This document shows, piece after piece, positions 49,534 to 62,997 of a DNA stretch of 64,000 nt (position 1 is its first letter; every line of letters starts with the position of its first letter). The DNA is from Mobula hypostoma (Eukaryota). The stretch is from NCBI RefSeq assembly GCF_963921235.1, contig NC_086118.1, positions 12,030,001-12,094,000 on the forward strand, read 5' to 3'. The notes beneath the pieces are model-generated. The model was given only the letters and a program-made list of their open reading frames with translations. It searched no databases and was not told the origin of the DNA. The position numbers and the translations under genes are program-made.

Positions 49534-51229
49534 ATGACCTGGGAGGTGGGGGTCTCTGGGAATGGATGCTGCTTTCCTAGTACAGCATTTGATATAGATG
49601 TGGTCAATGACTGGCAGGGCTTTACTCATGCTTTCCACTACTTTTTATATGATTTTCCTTTCAAAGGCATTGGCATTTCCATTCCAGGCTGTAATGCCTG
49701 GTATGGAAACTCCAGTAAGCAGTACAATAAAACATGGCAGACGTTATGCAGAGCAGGACAAACTATTTTGTTCTTCCAGAAAAACAAATAATGAATACTA
49801 TGGGAGATCTATGGCTGGCAAGTTCCTGAAGTCACCCTGAGTACGGAAGATTGAAAGAGTAATCTACTGAAGGGAGAATAAAGAATTTGTTAGTGTGAAT
49901 AGAAAAAAATATTGTCTTCTCATGGGGCAGTCCAGAATATGAAAAAATGCATGACTTAAAATCAGTTAATCTAATCGGGGATAACGTCAGGAAGTAGTTT
50001 GTTACATATATAGTAACATAAATTTCGGCCATATGTCCTTCTATCAAAAGTCAATGGGAGAAAACTACGTTTATTAAAATATGTTTGAATTAATGAAATT
50101 GTGCATTTATATCACACTTTATATGGTGTTAAGGAGACGTCAACCTTGCCGAAGGGTTTGGAGGCTTGAGTGGCTTAATGACCCGAAGAGCTATGAGTCA
50201 GGGCCTTGTGCTTTGACGCTTGGTAGGGTCACCCATGCCAAATAGGTCAAAGGGTCGCGGTCACACCAAGAGTGGTCCACCATTCTTCGAAGTTCGGAGG
50301 TTCAGCTCAGGGCTAATACCCTGACTGGTCAAAAAATGTTATGGGAACAGCAACGGCAGCGCCGTAACGGGCAGTAAGTTATAGGGTATTTCATAACATT
50401 TAGTCAGATACTTATTTATAATGTGAGAAAACGAGCAGCTCATTTGTATGCACGCTCCCCATAACGACAAGATCACTTGTTTATTAATATTGAATGACGA
50501 ATACGTACGCAGAGTGCCATGAAATCTTCTACATCCATTCGAGAGCACATCCAACTATCAACACTTCCTCTGAAAGAGTGACATTCAAAATCCTGCACTC
50601 AGCATTTATAGCACGGGAGTGTCAGGAGTGGGACCTCGGCCCATAATCTTCAGCAGTGACATTGCTCTGAAGGAAGCCGCAGCTCGGTAGGTACAGTAAA
50701 TGTGTGAAGTACAGGGACCACAAGCAGACCCTCCAATCCCCTGAGTCTGCACCGGTTAGATCCCGAATGATTTGTATCTTAACTTGGTTTATCGGCCTGA
50801 TACCCACATCCCTTACTATCCTTATAGAAGATTAAAAATTGGATTAGTTTTCATTAGCCCTGAGCAACACTTGGCAGATTGTCCTTTGCTTGGCACGGAT
50901 TTAAATTGCCATGCTTTGCAAGAATTTTAATTTTATCGATGTTTGAAGTTAGGCGTTGACGCAGTCCTCATTCTTATATTCACACCGGATTTATTCGTGC
51001 TGGATTTGACACTGACTTTCGCAGCACATTACACAAAGTTTTTTTTAAACACCAGCATTGTGCTACAGCACGTTACAATCTATATAATCATAACCAGGCC
51101 AGTGCAGTGAATCACAACATCTACTGGTCAACCAGATTGACTTCAGCTGTATAGATAGAATGAATCACTTTGCCTCTGCGCAAGTAATACAAATTTCGAG
51201 ACCCGGCTTCTTCGATATAATTATGTAAC

Positions 51230-51320
51230 GAAAGCCCGCCCTCTTTCAAATCCAGTCCAATTAGAATGCGATAGATTTACATAAACACGCCCACAACTCC
51301 AGTCTGGACCAATAGAAATT
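51230..51320 (+). promoter_or_regulatory. Putative HS3ST proximal promoter (GC boxes and two CCAAT boxes)
   Basis: CCCGCC near 51235, CCAAT near 51257 and 51309, CACGCCC near 51286. Located about 400 bp upstream of the ATG within the CpG-rich zone. Confidence 0.5.
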
Positions 51321-51682
51321 GCCCGTGCGCCGGTCCAGCTGGTTCGGAGTTTGTCCTGCCGGAATGAATGAATGAATCAATGAATGAAAAGTGCCGGGAG
51401 CCAGGGATGGGGAGAAGGGGAGAGCTGGAATGAAGCAGGACAGGGAGAGAGGGAGTTAGACACAGCAGACGGCTTGTTGGAGAAAACACATACATACGCA
51501 CACAGACACAAACACACAGAGAGACACACTGCTCTCACGGAGGGTGAATATCAAGCAAGGGGGGAAAACAAAGTTGTATTGATGGTTTGAGGATCATTGA
51601 AGAGTTTGGGGGCAGTAGGCAATGGACTGGTGCTGAGAGCGACGGAGAAGAGGCACTCATGCCGGAGGATGGGTGAAGATGA

Positions 51683-52220
<538 letters not shown>

Positions 52221-55200
52221 AAGGTGCCCACTGGAAAGGAGAGGGGGGAAAGGAGAATGGAGGGGGCGTAGAGGGATCTCGGTTTGGGATGGAGAGATGT
52301 TTTTGCACCCTAGGAAAGGTCGATCCCTGAGTCACTCCTCCCCTCACTGTCAGACCCTGATTTCCCACCCTCACCTGGTCCTCTGTACCCGCACGCCCTG
52401 CACTCCAGCCTCAGAGCGAGGTCCTAACCCTGACTCCTCACTCTTCTCCATCACCTGATCCTGTACACCCCACCCTCCTTCGGGGATCACCACCAGCCTT
52501 GAGGTCACGGATTCCACTCCCTGCCCCGGGGACTCATTGTCAACCCACCCCTCTCACCTTCAGACAGAAGTTCTGGCATCATTTTCCGCCCCCCCCCCAC
52601 CACCACCACTTATTCCTCCAGACTTTACCCTGGGTTCTGCGGTCACTGCCTTTCCCACCACCCTGATTCACCGTTCGCCCGTCTCCGCGGTCACGGAACT
52701 ACCACCTCGCTCAGGGCCTTGATGCTCATACCCTCCTCCTCTCTCTCCATCCCTTCACCTGCTTGATTCACTCCTTCATCCTCAGTCCGGGTCTTAACCT
52801 TGATCATGTTATCTTCGACACGTCCACCCGCATCTCAGGGTTACTGGCCCTCCTTCGCACCGCCAACCCGGATTCACCGATTCACCCCTAACCCTCAGAG
52901 TGAGGGCCTGACCTCCACTCCTTCGCCTGATCCGGCATCTCACTCCAGCCTCAGATTCCTTCACCCCACAAACCCTTCCCACCGCATTAACCCCTCACCT
53001 CATCGTTTCCCCTATCTCTATCCCAATGTGGAGTTAAAGTACCTCCCCCCTTCTCCTGATGAATTCTCTGATATTAAATGAAACTATTGAACCGTTGATA
53101 CGGGGTCACTAACGACATCACCCTGGTGTTGATATTTATCCTTCAGCTCCCTCCTCACGCAAGGTCTCTGATTTCCCCTCCAGGGTGAAAGCGCTAACAC
53201 CCACTCCTCGAGGAGTCACTTTTTTGTTACTACGGCGCATAAAGTTCGGCCGTTCAGCCCGTCAGGTGCAAGCCGAAAGCCGGGGAGGATCCGATCGGCC
53301 CCACCCTTCGTATTTCTCTGCACCCCTGCATCACTCATGGCCATTGGCTCTCTCGTGGTTCTCCTCTGACACTTACTCGAGGAGTAATGTTCAGTGCCCG
53401 GTTACAATTGCAAAGGTCTCCGGGTGCGCCGTCCCAGCCATGTTCCCCATCTCCCGGCACCCCTCCAGCCCACCAACCCGGGGCCACTGATTCACTCCCA
53501 ATTCCCCAGAGCAGATCCTCCGGACTCCCCTGGAATGTCTCCTCACCGACGGAAAAGGTGGCTACAGAGCTGGGGCTCTCGCTTTATATCGAACCAAGTT
53601 TGCAACGAGCTGGGCTCAGGGACTCGGTGGGAGATGGGTGAAACGATGCACGGAAAGTCAACGCATTCTATTAATCCGAGCGAGGCGTAACTTGCATATA
53701 AATATAATTTATCTATCCGCAGGCTCACAACACCATTCAAAATCATTATCCGGGTCCATTCGTCTTTATTTGTCTATTTATCATATCGCATTATTAGCTG
53801 CTCCGGTAAATAATCTAACTATTACTGTGCCATAATTTACTATGCTGATCGATATGTCCATACGGTATTTATTTCTCTCTCTTTCTGCCTCACGATGTAG
53901 TACCAAACTAACATGCCCGTCTACAATTCTCCCTCTCTCTCAATCCTTAATTGGTTTCGGACAGTTTTTATGTCGTAGTATTTCAGCAACTCTCGCAACT
54001 GCAAGGTGGTTTCGGGCAGTGTATCCCCGACTGTTTCGCGGCCTCTTGCCTCGCTGAATTCTACCTGATCCTCCCCCCCCCCCCCCCCACTGGATCTTAT
54101 ATGGACTAACAGAAGAAAGGGCCGAGTTAGGAACTAAATATCTCCGAGATGTTTATTGCTGGAATAATAAAATGGAGTTGTCTCGTTCTTGTTTGGAGTG
54201 TGGTTGTCAGTTTACATAGGGAACTGGCCGTTCTATTCACCTGTGTTTCCTTCAGTCCCCGCCTCCCAGCCTGCCCAGTTCCCCATTCCTATTCTGCTTT
54301 TGTGTAGACCGTCGGAAATGCGACCAGCTCTCCGGCGAACTGCTCTCCCCTCTCCTCCTTGCTACAGAGAAGCCAAGCAGGGCGACTCCGACGGAGCGGA
54401 GATGTTAACACAGCCCAGGCCAGTCTCTCCTCGTGCGAAGTACATATGCCAACCATTTGTGTAGGAGTGTACGCGTCCCTAAACAGGAGCGTGTGTAAAG
54501 TCAGCAGAAGGAACTTATCAAAACTTGGGTAGATTTCATTTCATCCTAAACCCAAATGAAAGGGAAGCTTTTATAAGCAGGACATATCCCGAAGAGTGCG
54601 CGCTCGCTTCATCTATTAAAAGTGAAAACGAATATCTGATAGCGATGGGTCTGCTGGTGTGCTGGAAGATCATAAGCACGGGCTAGTGAAGTTTAATGTT
54701 CCGATGGCCTGCCCCATGTTACGGTTCATCGCTCCCGATCAACGCTGATCGGAAATATTATGAGGTTGCAATAATGTGTCAATCAGTATATTTAACCCGC
54801 ACCTTATAATAAATGGTCTTTTAAAAAAAATCACTTCGCCGTTTTAAACGGACGGGTTTGTACTTAATGGACTACACCCGGGCTCTGGGAATTTCACTGG
54901 GATCAGTCTGGAGATGGGTCTTTTAGTATTTATATCAATCACTGTGCATTAGTTGGCGTGAAGTCCAGTCCCCCTGAGGTCTACTTATATTCGCAGATCT
55001 CAGACTTAAGGAAAGTGCTGATTAATATTTGAAAAGACAGACCGTCACTCTTTGCTGCATGTTAATGGTTTCTGCACGCAACCACAATGTGCATATGTTC
55101 TCATTTGCGTGTGTAGCCGATTGTAAGTCGGAGCAATGAGTTGACTGGGAGGGGAGGTCCGTGAACTGCACGGTTTACGTTGCGAGACTATCTCTGAATG

Positions 55201-56294
55201 TGTGTTTGAGGGCTTCCTTCGCAAGTTGAAAGCGCGCACAGCGGCGCCACCTCCCGGTGTCTCGGTTGTACAGCTGCGTACGGAATAGGAAGATGCACAC
55301 TGACCCGACCTTGGTTTACAGAAAAGATTTTAAGTTTTTGCACTTTACTGGAATGCCATCCAATAAGTGTTTAATCAGTCCCAGCTTGAATCCTGACCTT
55401 AAAAATGTAAATGTTTGTCCAGGTAAAACAAAAAAGGTCTTGTTCGGTTTCCTTTCAAAGATGAACTCACCCAGCACAGCATTTGATACTAGAGACTGTA
55501 GTACTTTGCAAAGTAAAATTGTGTCCAGTTGTAAGAATTGCTGTGCATATGTACTTGCAGCGACTTGTATTTTAATTGTATGCTTTGTGAGCTGGAAAAA
55601 AGCTTTGGATAAAAAAAACCTCCCACATACATTAATGCAATTCAACTCCAATTTATTGACTGATTAATGATCAAATGTGCCCATGTTATAGCTATCTATT
55701 TTTATTAATTAAGAACTGTTATGCAATGGTACTTGCTTCATGATTTTAAAAAGCCCAGTAGTTTTGTAGAGAGTTGACTTCAAGAACAGCTTTGTAGGGT
55801 GGTGATTGAAACCGGCTGGAATCTCTCTGGGCCAGTTGCAGGTTTCTCTTAGCAACAGGCCTATGGAGGAGGGCTGGCAGAGGCCTGGAGCACAGGTTTT
55901 TGGCACTTTGCTCTGATGTGTGCTGAGGACTCAGTGGGCATGTGTCACGTCAGTAGTAGGTGACTTTGTTGAGCATTTTAGTGCCATATGCCATGCACAG
56001 AGAGCTAATGAAACCCCTGACACAAACAATGAGCAGTTAATTACCGAGAAGTCATGAGCCCAGTATACGCTAGGTAGGGAAACAGAGGAGAATGAAACTA
56101 GGCCTGATGATAAGAATGTTTCATTTTCCATACTTTTTTATAATAATGTTGTCTAATACTGGCTTATTTTTGGCTGAACTGATTTGATGAAGTATATTTC
56201 TTTTCTAACCTACAATGCTATTATTTTGGCAATATCCGCTAATAGTCTAAAGTACAGCACATAGTTGGAAATACAAAGGAGCATACAAAACTTT

Positions 56295-56645
56295 CAGAAT
56301 CAGATTTAATACCACTGGCATATGTTGTGAAATTTATTAACTTAGCAGCAGCAGTACAATGCAATACATGATAATATAGAAAAAATAAATAAGTAAATCA
56401 ATATCAGTAACCTGCAGATTTTCTTGTGTTTGCGTCAGTAAATATACATGTTTTTTAAATAGTTAAATTAAAAATAGTGCAAAAACAGAAATAATATTTT
56501 TTTTAAAGTGAGGTGGTGTTCATGGGTTCAATGTCCAGTTAGGAATCGGATGGCAGGGAGGAAGAAACTGTTCCTGAATTGCTGAGTGTGTGCCTTCAGG
56601 CTTCTGTCCCTCCTTCCTGAAGGTAACAATGAGAAGAGGGCATGC
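56295..56645 (-). mobile_element. Rex/Babar 3' end in the intron
   Basis: 'HALFSLLPSGRRDRSLKAHTQQFRNSF'. Same 3' UTR as 6965-7260. Confidence 0.8.
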
Positions 56646-57719
56646 TCCTTAACATGCATAACTTTATTCTGCTCATTTGTATTTACAAAGGCAATAGTAT
56701 TTACAAATTTATAAACTGCCATAGTTTAATATACGATCAATGTTCTGGGCAACTCTATTGGGATATTGTGTTAATACCTTCTTAAAACTGCCCACCTATA
56801 ATGGTGTGGAAATTAAAAATGTGCTCTGTTTCTTCTGGAGTTTGGGCCCTGGATGGTGTCATGTTCCCCAGATATCACTGTATTTTAACATAGTCAAGGT
56901 GCATCTCATGCTGACATTGGGTACCTTTAAATGCAAAAGTGATCTGATCCACAATAAGCCCAGGTATCCTAGCCAGCAATGGCCATGCAATATTAATGAT
57001 CTGATTTGGACTTTGTCCAGTATATTCCAAGTGTTGATAGGTCTGTTTTAAGTACGTTGTTTACACTGAATTTGAAAATTTGTTCTATAAACTGAAAGGC
57101 TGTCAGATTGTTGTTTACTTCTAATGTCCAGGGAAGGAAATTAACTGCTTTTGCTGTCTGAACTATGCAGGACTCTCATCCTATAGCCAATTCTCAATTG
57201 CATTTTGAAGTAGATTATGAAACCATCCCAGGCAGAAAAGCTGGCGTGATCGAAGAAGAAGATGTGCCCCTACCATATTAATGCAGTTAGGAATGGAAAA
57301 CCAGCACAGTGATGCCAGCATAGGAATGAATTTAAATAAAGCTGTTAAAGGTTGGAGGATGCAAAGCCGTGTAATGTAGACAGCAACAATCCTTACACCA
57401 TACTTCTTTTTATCAGCATAGCACACTATCCATCATGCACAAATATAGCAGTTTTTAAAATGAAGGAGTTTTTCAGGAATTGGATGCTGGATGGGACATC
57501 CCATCTGGGGAACAGTGCTTCAGGAAGTGCCAACTGGGAAACTGATGTTCAGAAGCTCATTAACTAAACTGAAAACATTAGAATGGAGAACTTTAAAATG
57601 TAGTGAAAAACCACTTAGAAATAGTCAACCTGACACCATTTAGGTTGGCCATCCAATAGAATTTGAAGACCTTTGCAATACATTTCCAAGGATAATAACA
57701 ACTAGACAATAACGATTAG

Positions 57720-57830
57720 AAAAATAGAGGGCTAGGGATAACCCGAGGTTATTTCTAAAATAAGTACATGTTCAGCACAGCATTGTGGGTCGGAGGGCCT
57801 GTATTGTGTTGTAGTTATTCTATGTTTCTG
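57720..57830 (+). mobile_element. Short CR1 3' tail
   Basis: Similar to 16605-16720. Confidence 0.7.
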
Positions 57831-57874
57831 ACTCTCAGTCACCTTGACTATGATATGGAATGAAATTATTTTTA

Positions 57875-58600
57875 AAAATCCTGCAGATTCTAGAAATCTG
57901 AAACAAATGCAAGAAATCTTGGAAACGTTCCTCAGGTCAGGATGCATCTGTGGAAAGAGAAAGAGAGTTAATGTTTCAGGTCTGAGACCCTTCATTAAAA
58001 CTGGGGAAACAAGCATCATTTTAGTTGCAGAAAGAATGGAGGAGGGATGGACAGAACAAAGGGAAAGGATGAGGTTAAGGTTGTTGTGCTGGTGATGTTT
58101 CGATGAAGCTGTTTAGTCCATAGCTTATTGAGTATGGTTTAAAGGAGAGTGAATGAACTACAGAACATGTGAACTATAGATCAAGGCTGTAGGAAATGCC
58201 AGGAAAACAGGACAGTTAGATATTCTGTAACAGATCTGACCAGTTCTGATAGTATAAATAGAGGAAGCAAGTTACTGAAACAGTTAAATTCTCAGTTGAT
58301 TTTAAAAGGTTGCATTGTGCCTAGATGCAAGACCAGATGCAATACTTCAAACTTTGGAAATACAGTGCAGGAAGCTGGTCAATGTGGGAGCGAGGTGGAG
58401 AGCTCAACGGACAGACAAGGTTTTACACAACATTTTAAAATTATTTGGGTTCTCCAAAGTAGAGGACACCACCCATGAGCACTGAATCCTCTACACCTGA
58501 CTGAATGAAATGCGGAAAATCACTGCTTTACCTGAACGTAATGTTTTGGTTCCTGCATGTTGGGAAGGGATGAGGTGAATGGGCATGTCATATACTTCCT
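57875..58600 (-). mobile_element. Old Penelope pLTR remnant with decayed hammerhead (about 57967-58002)
   Basis: 'CTGCAGATTCTAGAAATC...GCATCTGTGGAAAGAG...ATGTTTCAGGTCTGAGACCCTTCATT'. Confidence 0.55.
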
Positions 58601-59129
58601 GTGGTTGCTAAGGAGAATAACTAAACCGTTCAGCATTTGCAAACGTGTTGTAGTGCAGGGTTGACTTATCAATAGGCACAATTCCCAGAGTTCCATTTAC
58701 TTGTACAGCCTTGAAAGTTGGGATACAAAATTTCCTGTTAAATACTAGGTATGATGACTTAAACTATACACATCTTTTGGAAATGTTTTCTACTAGGGAA
58801 AAAAAAACAAGACTTTCTTAGTAAAAGAAATGTTTAATCTCCCACAGACTTTATAATTTTGTTCAGAGTCTATAGTTTGAACCAGCGTAGGATGGGAAAT
58901 TAACATCTCCCAGTTGGAGAGCCTATTTTTACATGAGTGTGTTACTCTGCAGAGGATGTGTATTTGCTGAATGTGAAATTGATGCTCCCACACTTGTCTT
59001 CTGCGTCTGTTTAGTGAAATGTATGTGGAGACATGACGTGTATATATGTATGTCGAATGTATGTTTGTTATGTTAGAAAGTGCACATGTACACGTCTTTG
59101 CATATCTTTTTTCTGTTTGCCTCAATAAT

Positions 59130-59400
59130 TTTTCTCTATCCTCTTCACTTTCTCACCTCCTCTTCTCTCTCTTTATCCTTCCAGCGCTCTCTATCTCCAT
59201 TCATTATTCCTTCACTTTCTTGACATCTCCCTCACTTTATCTCTCCCCTCTGTATTCTGCAACTCTTTATCCCTCTCCCTCCTCTCCCTGTCTCTTTCTC
59301 CTTAGAATCTACTGTCCATATCTCCCTTTATTCTCCCCATCTCATTATCTTTCTTTATCTCCCTCTTCCTTTCTTTACGCTCCCAGCTCTGCATCCTTTA
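59130..59400. repeat. Polypyrimidine low-complexity tract
   Basis: Almost purely C/T on the + strand. Confidence 0.8.
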
Positions 59401-59764
59401 GCTGTACCCTGATCACTAATCACTGTCCCATCAGTCAATGTTCCTGCTCACTGACCAACTTGTCAATTCCCTTTCTGAACCCGACAAACTCTCCACCAAA
59501 ATCCAAAGATCTGAAATTTCCTTCCCTAAAGTTGTTCCATGATGATTCCCGTCTCCTTAATGAAGTTAACCATTTTTACAATATCCTTTTGTAAAACGCC
59601 GTGAGACTCTTTTCTGAATGTGAGTGCAAGGTCTTGGAGTACCTGGGGCAGACTGTTACAGCCACAAGCACAACTCAGCATTAGATTCAGGGCTGATGAT
59701 AAAATAGAATCCATTTCAATAATGCTACTTGAATAAACATAGTGAAGCAATGTGTCCAAATATT

Positions 59765-60090
59765 GGAGTGGCATGGTGGTGTAGTGATTAGCGTAATGCT
59801 TTACAGCACGAACAATCGAGGATCAATTCCTGCTGCAGCCTGTTAAGGAGTTTGTACATTCTCCCTGTGACCACATGGGTTTCCTCTGGGTGCTTCGGTT
59901 TCTCCCATATTCCAAAGATGTACGGGCTAGTAAGCCGTGAACATGCTGTGTTGGTGCTGGAATGGGGGCAACACTTAATCCCCCAGCTCATCGTCAGACG
60001 CTGTCGTTGATGTGAATGATGCATTTCACTGTATGCTTTGATGTTTTCATATACAGCTGGCAAATAAATGCAAATCTTTATCTTTAAATA
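59765..60090 (+). mobile_element. V-SINE-type tRNA-derived SINE
   Basis: A-box TGGTGTAGTG, then a V-domain-like 'GGGTTTCCTCTGGGTGCTTCGGTTTCTCCCA'. Confidence 0.75.
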
Positions 60091-62997
60091 TTGCATTTGT
60101 TGGAATCCAGACTAATTACGCAATAATCTAAAAAAGATCTCCATAATTAGGGGCGACAGATTAAATTTCTCCTTTTACCACTCACTGCATTTTGCATTCA
60201 CCTGAGGTGAAGTAGCATCAGGACTTCTTACCGGTTGCAAGTCCACAGCAACAACAAAAAAAGAGCACTTGCATTTCAACTTTAACAAAGCCAAGTGTCC
60301 TAAAGTACTTCTCAGGAGCATTAGCAAGGGAAGTATGACACAAAGCTACATAAGGAGAAGGTAGGGTAGTGGAATGAAAGATTTCTCAAAGAGGTAGCTT
60401 TTAAGGAGTGTATTGAAAGAAGAGAGAGAGGTGTAGAGGGGTCTGAGCGTTTAGGATTTTTGGAGCTGAAGGCTTGCCTGCCAGTGATGGTGTGATTTGA
60501 AATGAGACAATGCAAACGTTTGGAAGTGGAAGCCAGAGTGGTGTTGTGAAGTTATAGCATGGAAATGGATCTACTCAGAACAGTTGTTATTGAGTTCAGC
60601 GGGATTGTACTATATTGCCTGTCTTTCAGCACCACTAGTAAACTCATTCCATGCCATTTTATTCATAATTAAGCTACTGTATGAAGTAGAGGCTCATCAT
60701 GTGTGTATAAAATTGGAACCTAGCCTTACTTCAAGACAAGGAGTTATTTGCTTACCTGACTTGACTGAACTCAAAACATACAGTCTATCCCAACATACTG
60801 TAGTCTGAAGGTGAAAAGCCTTCAGCCCCTATAATCTAGGAACTAGACAGCGTGGGTTTAAAGTAAGTCCCAAAAAAATCCAAAGAGGAAATTTTGAATG
60901 ATCACAATTCTGCATGGAAGAATGATGGAAGAGGATTAAATTTAAAAAAATTAAGAATTGAGTAAGTGGCGTTCAAGCCTCTCTTTTCGATTTGGGCATT
61001 TTTCTATATTTTTGTAGAATATTTTAATTTAACGCTTATCTGACTCTTCAGAAATACATAATTTAGTCTATTTATGAATTTTGTCAGAAGTTACGTTGTT
61101 GTATGACCAAATAATTAGATGGGGACATTTGAGCATTGGGACTTGATCCCACAACCTTCCAACTGAAGCAGAAATGTTAGCAGCTGATGTCATACAGAGG
61201 GCATCTGGTCCCCTGATACTGTCCTTTTTATGCAAGATTTCTGATATATGACTGTGTTTTTTCAATCAGATTACTAAACCAAATCTGTAATCTCTGAGAT
61301 AGGATTATCAAATTGAGTCCTTAATCTCTTACTATTTTACCAAGCATAGATTGTAATCTTTCAAATCAGGTTATTGAATGTCTGTAATCTCTTTTATACA
61401 ATTATAGTGTAACCTGTAATCTCCCTGAATAAATTATTGTCTGGCTGTCCTCTCCAACTGAGATACTAGTCTGAGACTGTAATCGCTTTGATAAATTTAT
61501 TGAGTGAGTCTGCAAATTCTTTTACCAGATAACACAGTGACACTGGGACCTCTCTGATCGGATTATTGGGTGTGTCTTGTTTATCTGTCTGTTCAGATTA
61601 TTGCTGTGTGCCTGAACTGCGAGTGCGAATCAATGGTGTATACGTTTCTGACACAAAACATATACTGTAGGTTGCCCAGTTAGTCTGTAATACACTGGTA
61701 GTTTCCCAAAGTAAAGATACCAAATTTATTCTAATTTCATGTGTGAATTAGCATTGCAGATCTTCAGTATGATTTACCCCATTTGGCAAGTTGCTGATTT
61801 GCGTGCATTGTTCACGCTGTGAGAACATGAAATGCAATGTAAATTGTCACACAATGCTGCGTCAGTGCTAGTCGTGCTAAGTTGGATTGTGATGACCCAA
61901 TGGGACCAGGTGTGAAGCAAACTGGGGGATGGGGAGGGGGCACGGTTGGTGGAGGAAGACTGGTATTTAGAAGCCACATGATCCTGCCGGGCTGTAGTAC
62001 TTAAAGGGAAATAGAATGACTTGCAGGTTGGTTGGAAGGAGGATTAGCTATACAGATTCCTTTATTTTCATTGTTGGATACTGGGGGAGTTTCAGATCAT
62101 GAAAGGATTTTGCGGCTTCTCTCATCCTCTGATGTCTATGCGCAGGTGGTACTGCAGCAGTAATTAATGCCATAATATATAATATAGACCCTTCTCATCT
62201 TTAACCAGTCTGAACCACACCGGAGGTGTCTCACATCAGACCCAGTGTAGGTTCTGATTTGCAATGGCCCCAAAGTTTGGAGCGGCAGAGGGTGCTGCTT
62301 GGTGGGTCCACAAGTGTGGAGGGGCGGGTGAGTCATGTACAATGCTCTGCTAATTGTTGGTTCTTTGTAATGTCTTCTGCACTTTCACACTGGCCTGCCA
62401 ATGTCCGAAGTATTTTGTATTGCATCCAGTCAACCCATGCCAGAAGCTGCTGCACTGAAGACTGCAGCTGAGCCAGCTACAACAGGAATAATATGTGATA
62501 TTACTCTCTGGGGTTCCGGCTACCAAGGCAGCTCTTTCCTGCCCACTGACTCAACACATGTAGATCCCACATCCAAGGTGGAGAGAGACAAGGTCCGAGC
62601 TGGTGACTGGTTCTCTCTGTGAATGTACTGTCATCTCTCACTGATGATGATGAGAGACATTATCCACCTGAGAACATTAAGAACAGGCTTGAAGAGGGAA
62701 GAGGCAGGCTTTGTAGGATGGAGGAAGTGGGTGCAAGAGGAATGGGACATGTGTACCTACCACTGAGTTGATACATTCTGAACTGCTGCTCGCCTTTGTC
62801 TCAGTGAAAGAGAGCCCTTAAAGCCAGTACTTGTTTCTTCAGGGTGGTAAACCACTTTATCAAGGCTTCTCATCAGTGATCTGTCACTGTCCGTGCTGAC
62901 ACCACTGTCTCTTCTGCAAAGAGGGAAGAATGTAAATGAGACCCTGTCAATGTGTCTGGTTGATGCACCTGCCCTAGTTGAAGAGCACCAACCTTGA

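Noticed and set aside
59046..59594. 182-aa Ser/Leu/Pro-rich ORF
   Set aside because: Translation of a polypyrimidine low-complexity tract.
60626..60646. REST/NRSE-like TTCAGCACCAC
   Set aside because: Only the left half-site is present; the GGACAG half is missing.
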